Positions 27,182-32,000 of a DNA stretch of 32,000 nucleotides are shown piece by piece. The notes below the pieces were generated by a model. It was given only the letters and a program-made list of their open reading frames with translations, did no database searches and was not told where the DNA came from. Position 1 is the first letter of the stretch. The number at the start of each line of letters is the position of its first letter. A program made the translations under genes and the position numbers. Source of the stretch: Paraliomyxa miuraensis (lineage in GTDB: Bacteria; Myxococcota_A; Polyangia; Nannocystales; Nannocystaceae); contig NZ_JAOVZF010000154.1 of NCBI RefSeq assembly GCF_026337845.1, positions 283,640 through 315,639 on the forward strand, read 5' to 3'.

Positions 27182-27212
27182 ACTATACCGCACCCGTATG
27201 TGGCGGTGTCAA
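27182..27212 (-). promoter_or_regulatory. Candidate sigma70-type promoter for the small Cys-rich peptide gene
   Basis: The minus strand reads TTGACA (27212..27207), a 19-nt spacer, then TATAGT (27187..27182), within the most AT-rich part of the window. The spacer is longer than optimal. This would give a ~200-nt leader. Confidence 0.35.
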
Positions 27213-27218
27213 TTATTG

Positions 27219-27488
27219 TCATAGAAATGTAAAATGATACTGGTTTGTTCGGCGGGATGTGGAGGTGACCCACACGCCACCCCTGGGCTCGCCCTCGACG
27301 CTGCCGACGCTGCTCGGGTGAACACCTCTCGCCGCCACGACGTTCGGGTGCCTCAGCCGTGCCATTTGCCCTCGCCTCGCGAACGAGCCGGGCCGGGCCA
27401 TCGTCGTGGAGGCGGTTCGAACCGACTTGAGCGCGACCTCGCGCTGCAACTCTCGTACGGCGAGTACGGCGAGTACGACGAGCAGCAC
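27219..27488 (-). pseudogene. Probable remnant of a Ser/Thr kinase N-lobe
   Basis: The minus-strand frame reads REVALKSVRTASTTMARPGSFARRGQMARLRHPNVVAARGV. This has the VAxK ... F.R(E)...ARL.HPN.V spacing of Hanks kinase subdomains II-IV. The alpha-C Glu is replaced (RR). The G-loop position is occupied by a 9-bp repeat (VLAVLAV). The frame ends at the low-GC islet, and no HRD or DFG motif follows. Confidence 0.35.
27455..27481. repeat. 9-bp tandem repeat gtacggcga x3 (third copy gtacgacga)
   Basis: Copies at 27455-27463, 27464-27472 and 27473-27481, read directly from the sequence. Confidence 0.9.
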
Positions 27489-27559
27489 TACTCGGCGCCG
27501 CTTGCTGCTTGCCAGGGCCCATGCAACCCTGCTGCGGGCGATCGACGGGGATCTCGGTG

Positions 27560-27874
27560 ATGGCCTACCAGGATCTCGGCAACTACTACATCAAGACGTG
27601 GGCGATGCACGTGGCGTGGGACTGCTGGGTGGTGGCACGCATACTAGCGCCCGGACACACCTACGTGCAGACCTACGAGGCCAACGAGCAGCGCCCGCGG
27701 GACATGCGTCCACAGTTCGGCGGCTCTCGGTGTGCAATCGGCCTCGGAGTCGACGCGAAAGCCGTCGTGGCACTCTACAACGGAAGACTTGCGCACCATG
27801 CGCCGAGCGCCGAGCGCCGAGCGCCGAGCGCCGAGCGGATTGTGCGCACCAGGATGCCCCGCCACCCGCGCTAG
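27560..27874 (+). CDS. Hypothetical ORF, possibly a gene remnant
   Basis: ATG at 27560 after GGGGA. The first ~50 codons have host-like high GC3 and a protein-like composition (MAYQDLGNYYIKTWAMHVAWDCWVVARILAPGHTYVQTYEANEQ). The 3' part runs through the heptanucleotide repeat (APSAERRAPSAER). No family recognised. Confidence 0.3.
   Translation: MAYQDLGNYYIKTWAMHVAWDCWVVARILAPGHTYVQTYEANEQRPRDMRPQFGGSRCAIGLGVDAKAVVALYNGRLAHHAPSAERRAPSAERIVRTRMPRHPR
27802..27836. repeat. Heptanucleotide microsatellite gccgagc x5
   Basis: Five perfect copies at 27802-08, 09-15, 16-22, 23-29 and 30-36. The unit length is not a multiple of 3. Confidence 0.95.
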
Positions 27875-27900
27875 CGCCCTCCCCTGCGGAACCTGTACGA

Positions 27901-27937
27901 AGGGGCCTGCTCTCGAACCCCTCGAAAACAGGCCCCT
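27901..27937 (-). terminator. GC-rich hairpin immediately downstream of tRNA-Ala (possible terminator, no U-tract)
   Basis: aggggcctg (27901-27909) and caggcccct (27929-27937) are perfect reverse complements. That is a 9-bp stem with a 19-nt loop, starting 7 nt after the tRNA 3' end on the minus strand. Confidence 0.4.
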
Positions 27938-27943
27938 ATCGGG

Positions 27944-28016
27944 TGGAGGATAGCGGGATCGAACCGCTGACATTCGGCTTGCAAAGCCGACGCTCTCCCA
28001 GCTGAGCTAATCCCCC
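27944..28016 (-). tRNA. tRNA-Ala (anticodon UGC)
   Basis: The minus strand folds as GGGGGAT TA GCTC AGCTGGGA GAGC G TCGGC TTTGCAA GCCGA ATGTC AGCGG TTCGATC CCGCT ATCCTCC A. The cloverleaf is complete (73 nt), the anticodon is TGC, and the G3:U70 alanine identity pair is present. CCA is not encoded. Confidence 0.95.
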
Positions 28017-28309
28017 GAAGGACTGGCACCACTCCAAGTCCGCAGGACGGACCATGAGGAGGAAGCCGGGCGGGAGGAGTAGCAGGGCCAACGAGGCTAA
28101 TCAAGGGCCACGAGACCGGCGCGGGTTGGAGGGGCTGGAAGCGCGGTTTGAGGGCAGTCTGGGCGCTTGGTCTGGGCGCTCGGCTCGCTTCGAGCGACGA
28201 CCACCGGCGCCGCAACTGCGATGACTTCGCCGTTACCTCCCGGACGCGGCCCATTTGCCCGACCGGCGGCATCGGTGGAGCCTCATGCTGCCAAGGAGTA
28301 GGTATCGGC

Positions 28310-29995
28310 ATGGACGAACGAGCACCCCCGCTCCTCACTCGTGCGGCTAAGGCGACGACCTGGATCGTCGCCCTGAGCGCGTGTGCGCTCGAGGATGCCG
28401 CCTCGGTCGGGGAGCCGCTCGGGCTGGAGTCGTCGCAATCGGATCCGACCCAACCCCAAGCCCATGCTGACTCCGCAGTGCATCCCGACGTCAGCGATGG
28501 CGACGTCGTCCAGGCGAGTTCTCATGCAGCGTCGAGTGCCAGCTTGCAGGCCGACTTCGACGGCGATGGCTACGCCGACCTCGCGATCAGTGCGGACGAT
28601 GAGCTCCTCGGCGGTGTCGTCCATGTGCTCTACGGCTCGAGTGGCGGCGCGACGGCGACCGGCGACCAGCTCTGGCACCAGGACAGCCCGGGCGTGTTGG
28701 GGGCGGCCGAACCGGGTGATGCCTTTGGATCGGTGCTGGCCGCCGGTGACTTCGACGACGACGGCTACGCCGACCTCGCGATCGGTGCACCGCTCGAAGA
28801 CGTCGGTGCACAGAGCAACGCCGGTAGTGTCAACGTCCTGTATGGCTCGGCGAGTGGCTTGAGTGCGTCCGGCAACCAGCTCTGGAACCAGGACAGCACC
28901 GGCATCCAAGGGGTTGCCGAGGCCAACGATCGCTTCGGAGTGAGGCTGGCCAGCGGCGACTTCGATGGTGACGGTCATGACGATCTTGCGATCGGCGTGG
29001 CCTACGAACATCTGAGCGCAGGTGGCGACGAGGGGATCGTGCAGGTCATCTACGGCTCGGCGAGTGGCCTGAGCGCAGCCGGCAACCAGGTCTGGGATCA
29101 GGACACGGCCGGCATCCTCGGAGTCGCGGAGGCCGGCGACCAGTTCGGCAGCGCGCTCGCGGCCGGTGACTTCGATGGAGACGGGCGCGACGACCTGGCG
29201 ATCGGCGTGTACGGTGAGGATCTGGCCGCCGACCTCGTCGATGCGGGGCAGGTCCACGTGCTCTACGGCTCGGGGGGCGGGCTGTCTGCGAGCGGCAACC
29301 AGACCTGGCATCAAGACAGCCCTGGTGTCCCCGGCGTTGCCGAGCCCAACGACGACTTCGGTCGTTCGCTGGCGGTCGGCGACTTCGACGGCGACGGATT
29401 CGATGATCTCGCGATAGGTGCTCCCCATGAGGATCTGGGCCTTGCGACCGGTGCAGGTGCCCTCAACGTCATCCATGGCTCGTCCAGCGGGCTCGGCTCG
29501 GCGGGCGCCCAGGCCTGGCACCAGAACAGCCCGGGGATCCAGGGCGTGGCCGAGTCGTCGGACCGCTTCGCGTGGGCGCTGGCCGCCGGTGACTTCGACG
29601 CCGACGGGTACGACGACCTGGCCGTGGGCGTGCCCGGCGAAGGGCTTCCCGGTGCTCCGATCGGGGCCGGTATGCTGCACGTGCTCCCGGGCTCCGCCGG
29701 TGGCATCTCGGCGAGCGGCGACCAGCTCTGGCATCAAGACAGCGCCGGCGTCGATGGTGCGGCGGAGAACAATGACGGCTTCGGCTGGGCGCTCTCGGTC
29801 GGCGACTTCGACGGTGACGGTCGCGACGACTTGGCGATCGGCGTGCCGTTCGAGGACGTGGGCTCGCTGGTCGATGCCGGCGCAGTCAACATCCTCTACG
29901 CGACCGGGACCGCCAATCAACTGTGGCACCAAGACAGCCCCGGGGTTCTCGGGGTGGCCGACGACGACGAGTTGTTTGGTAGGGAACTGCGCTGA
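28310..29995 (+). CDS. Lipoprotein, seven-blade FG-GAP (integrin-alpha-like) beta-propeller
   Basis: AAGGAG lies 11 nt upstream of ATG 28310. Signal MDERAPPLLTRAAKATTWIVALSA|C. Seven ~68-aa repeats of the form LWHQDSPGV.GVAE..D.FG.ALA.GDFDGDG.DDLAIG.P.ED......G.V.VLYGS..GLS..G.Q. Confidence 0.9.
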   Translation: MDERAPPLLTRAAKATTWIVALSACALEDAASVGEPLGLESSQSDPTQPQAHADSAVHPDVSDGDVVQASSHAASSASLQADFDGDGYADLAISADDELLGGVVHVLYGSSGGATATGDQLWHQDSPGVLGAAEPGDAFGSVLAAGDFDDDGYADLAIGAPLEDVGAQSNAGSVNVLYGSASGLSASGNQLWNQDSTGIQGVAEANDRFGVRLASGDFDGDGHDDLAIGVAYEHLSAGGDEGIVQVIYGSASGLSAAGNQVWDQDTAGILGVAEAGDQFGSALAAGDFDGDGRDDLAIGVYGEDLAADLVDAGQVHVLYGSGGGLSASGNQTWHQDSPGVPGVAEPNDDFGRSLAVGDFDGDGFDDLAIGAPHEDLGLATGAGALNVIHGSSSGLGSAGAQAWHQNSPGIQGVAESSDRFAWALAAGDFDADGYDDLAVGVPGEGLPGAPIGAGMLHVLPGSAGGISASGDQLWHQDSAGVDGAAENNDGFGWALSVGDFDGDGRDDLAIGVPFEDVGSLVDAGAVNILYATGTANQLWHQDSPGVLGVADDDELFGRELR

Positions 29996-30012
29996 GCAAG
30001 AGACCCCGCGGA

Positions 30013-31641
30013 TCACATACGCTCGTCCATCCGCTCCAGGACGAATCGGGCGAACCGAGGGATGAACCAGCGCACCCGGTCTTCGTCCGCCATCCGGTAG
30101 CGTTGCAGGTCTGCCCAGTGCACGCATGCCGTGGGGGTGCCGTCGCAGTCGGGGCACCCGCTGGAGGTCACGCGAGCGGCACAGCGCCAGATCGCGGGAG
30201 GGATGCTCCCGACCTTGGCCAGCGACTGCTCGGCAAGGCCGCCCAGGTAGGCACCCAGGGCCGCTCGCACCGTCGGTCGGTTGCGCTCCACCGCGCCCGT
30301 GTCCACCAGGTGAAACCACTCGCGGAACATCGCGGTCAGGCCGGACGCCTCCACGCTGCGCAGGTGTGGATCCATCGCCGCCTGAACCTCCTCCCACTCG
30401 AGGATGTTGGCGTGGTGGTTGGGGCCCGTCCACGTGGGAATTCCCCACACCAGCGGCTCGCAGACGTTGTGCCCCATGGCCGCGCACAGTGTCCCTCCCA
30501 CGAATGCGCCCTGCCCCACTCCGTAGATCGCTCGGAGCATGCCGGTGCACGGCACGATGACCGCGCTCGGGTTCTCGCCCTGGCGCAGCGCGGAGAGCAG
30601 CCTCACCTCACCGAGCCCCCCGGCCGCGCGGAGGACCTCATCCCTGAGCACCGTCCCCTGCCCACCTCGTCGCTCCCAGTGCCGCGGAGCCAGCACCAGC
30701 GTGGCATCGTCTCGATCGCCGCGCGCCTCCCCAAACGCATCCGCCAGCAGCTGGTCTTCGCCCGGGTGCGTGGAGCCAGCCGTGAACAGGAGCCGACGCC
30801 GTCCCAGCTCTTGCAGCCACCGCAAGCGCTGGCCCCACGTCTCGATCTCCTCCAACCGCCCGAGCCCCGGCTGACGGCGTGGCCTCGGCTGCACATCGGC
30901 CTCCCGAAACCACCTGAACGGATCGGCATGGCCGCGGTCCTCGATCATCAGGTGCAGCACGACCAGATCGGCCGACTTGTCCAGCCACTCGGTGGCCACC
31001 TCTTGCGGGCTCGGCTGCTTGCGATGCACCCTGGCACCGGACTGCGCGACGCCGGTCCACATCTCGCGCTCGTCGAGGAGCTCCCGAGGAACGATCCCCG
31101 AGGGGTATGCGGCCGGAGTCGCGATGATGTCCAGTCGCCGCAGATGAAGCCGTGCGGCGCGACGTCGTTGATCGGCCAGTCGCTTGGCCATGCCCGCCGT
31201 GCGCGGCCCCAGTTCCTGGGCCAGCACGAACACCTCGAACGTGGCCTCGGCGACCTGCAGATCGTACTCGACCTGGCAAAGGAGCGCCGAGTCGATCCGC
31301 GACTCCTCCGACTCGGACTCGGAGGGCACCGCACGCAGCCGCGCGTGGGCCGTGGACAGACGCTCGCACCGCTGCTCCAGCCCCCGGGTCATCGCCAGCA
31401 GCGTCTCGAGCTGGTTCGCACTCTGGCTGGCGGCCAACGAGCCCCATTGCCGCGCGCGCAGCCCGTTCAGCCGCGGAAGCAGGATCTTCAGCGGGCCCGT
31501 CAGCTCGGGCAGGGCGTCATCTCCCGGGCTCGCGGGCAGCGGGACCCCGGCCCGGGACGCCTGCTGCCGATCGGCCAGGCGCCGCAACCAGCGCTCGAGC
31601 TGCTGCACGTCTCGATCGAGCGTGGCAGATCCCGTGCTCAT
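30013..31641 (-). CDS. Divergent GT30 (WaaA/KdtA Kdo-transferase-like) protein with N-terminal coiled-coil extension
   Basis: The C-terminal half matches WaaA motifs as I recall them: LLFTAGSTHPGED (vs IATSTHEGEE), LVLAPRHWERR (vs LVPRHPERF) and GMLRAIYGVGQGAFVGGTLCAAMGHNVCEPLVWGIPTWTGPNHHAN (vs MGEL..LY..ADLAFVGGSL...GGHNPLEAAA..IPVLMGPHTFNF). The N-terminal ~190 aa is helical and Arg/Leu/Gln-rich. ATG 31641 overlaps the upstream stop (ATGA). Confidence 0.75.
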   Translation of the reverse strand: MSTGSATLDRDVQQLERWLRRLADRQQASRAGVPLPASPGDDALPELTGPLKILLPRLNGLRARQWGSLAASQSANQLETLLAMTRGLEQRCERLSTAHARLRAVPSESESEESRIDSALLCQVEYDLQVAEATFEVFVLAQELGPRTAGMAKRLADQRRRAARLHLRRLDIIATPAAYPSGIVPRELLDEREMWTGVAQSGARVHRKQPSPQEVATEWLDKSADLVVLHLMIEDRGHADPFRWFREADVQPRPRRQPGLGRLEEIETWGQRLRWLQELGRRRLLFTAGSTHPGEDQLLADAFGEARGDRDDATLVLAPRHWERRGGQGTVLRDEVLRAAGGLGEVRLLSALRQGENPSAVIVPCTGMLRAIYGVGQGAFVGGTLCAAMGHNVCEPLVWGIPTWTGPNHHANILEWEEVQAAMDPHLRSVEASGLTAMFREWFHLVDTGAVERNRPTVRAALGAYLGGLAEQSLAKVGSIPPAIWRCAARVTSSGCPDCDGTPTACVHWADLQRYRMADEDRVRWFIPRFARFVLERMDERM

Positions 31642-32000
31642 GGGCCGCCGCCCGCATCCAGCGGGTCCTCGTACTGCTTGGCGATCAACGCCTCGGTGAG
31701 CTCGAGCCGCTCCAGGATGTCGACGATGGTCCGCGACGAGTCCGCACGAAAGTACGGATTCGCGTCGTCCCGAACCTGCACCGCTGCCAGCGCTGCGAGC
31801 CCCTTGCGCATGGCCTCGAGCGATGTCTCCACATGGATCGTGTGCGCCGCGTGCTGGCGGTTCTTTTGTCGCAGCCCCACGTTGAGCGCGGGAATCCTCA
31901 GCGACGGTGCCTCGATGATTCCGCATGAAGAATTGCCCACGAGCCCCGCCGAGGCCCGCAGCAGCGCGAGGAACTCGAACCGCGGGAGGGAGGGCACCAC
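31638..32000 (-). CDS. UDP-N-acetylglucosamine 2-epimerase (hydrolysing, NeuC-like), C-terminal part; 5' end outside window
   Basis: The motif LVGNSSCGIIEAPSLRIPALNVGLRQKNRQ matches the GNSSSGIIE.PS...P..NIG.RQ.GR signature of NeuC/LegG-type epimerases. The ORF is open to the right window edge. Confidence 0.7.
   Translation of the reverse strand: MVPSLPRFEFLALLRASAGLVGNSSCGIIEAPSLRIPALNVGLRQKNRQHAAHTIHVETSLEAMRKGLAALAAVQVRDDANPYFRADSSRTIVDILERLELTEALIAKQYEDPLDAGGGP

Larger units (their letters stand above)
26570..27255. other. Compositionally atypical low-GC islet
   Basis: Hand counts of 60-nt blocks gave 29/60 (26581-26640), 31/60 (26761-26820), 32/60 (26821-26880) and 24/60 (27181-27240) G+C. 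A neighbouring gene block (25261-25320) gave 46/60. Confidence 0.7.

Noticed and set aside
26861-27193. Minus-strand ORF of 110 aa with a signal-like start (MRYSQGSLWIHAACFLVAGMFAAGVSG) and two Cys, suggesting a second small secreted peptide.
   Set aside because: Its GTG start lies inside or upstream of the putative -10 element. It has no SD. It overlaps the SD-led peptide gene by ~110 nt in another frame.
27414-27423. GGTTCGAACC resembles a tRNA T-loop, so it could be an att-type duplicate of the tRNA 3' end or a tRNA fragment.
   Set aside because: The flanking bases do not form a T-stem or an acceptor stem, and they do not match the tRNA-Ala 3' half (GGTTCGATCCCGCTATCCTCCA) beyond 7-8 nt. 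A chance palindrome is more likely.

Overview
High-GC (about 70% or more) bacterial chromosomal segment. The gene content points to Myxococcota; this is an inference from content, not a database hit. That content is Hanks-type Ser/Thr kinases with large ectodomains, an ECF sigma factor, many lipobox lipoproteins, FG-GAP propellers and cysteine-rich repeat proteins. I support about 23 CDS (2 truncated by the window edges), one tRNA-Ala(UGC), several short tandem repeats and one probable kinase gene remnant.

Gene order, left to right:
- A secreted lipoprotein.
- A minus-strand cluster: receptor STK -> ECF sigma -> lipoprotein -> PHM/DBH-like copper monooxygenase.
- An LhgO-like FAD oxidoreductase.
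- A tightly coupled pair: a 2-TM TIR/NDT-like protein and a non-RD receptor kinase with a Cys-rich ectodomain.
- An EamA-like membrane protein.
- A PD40/CxxCH lipoprotein.
- An adaptor + ABC ATPase + two FtsX-type permeases operon.
- Two Cys-containing lipoproteins, one with HExxH.
- A receptor-L-domain-like lipoprotein.
- A tandem Cys-repeat lipoprotein.
- A gene-poor ~2 kb stretch. It holds a ~0.7 kb low-GC islet encoding a small Cys-rich exported peptide with a strong SD, a kinase remnant and microsatellites.
- A stand-alone tRNA-Ala.
- A 7-blade FG-GAP lipoprotein.
- A divergent WaaA(GT30)-like protein translationally coupled to a NeuC-like epimerase.

I saw no CRISPR array, rRNA, transposase or integrase. 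The candidates I consider most worth follow-up are:
- the 2TM-TIR/NDT-like + receptor kinase pair;
- the STK-ECF-monooxygenase cassette;
- the low-GC Cys-peptide islet;
- the GT30-like/NeuC pair.

All functional calls rest on motif recognition by eye, and no searches were run.
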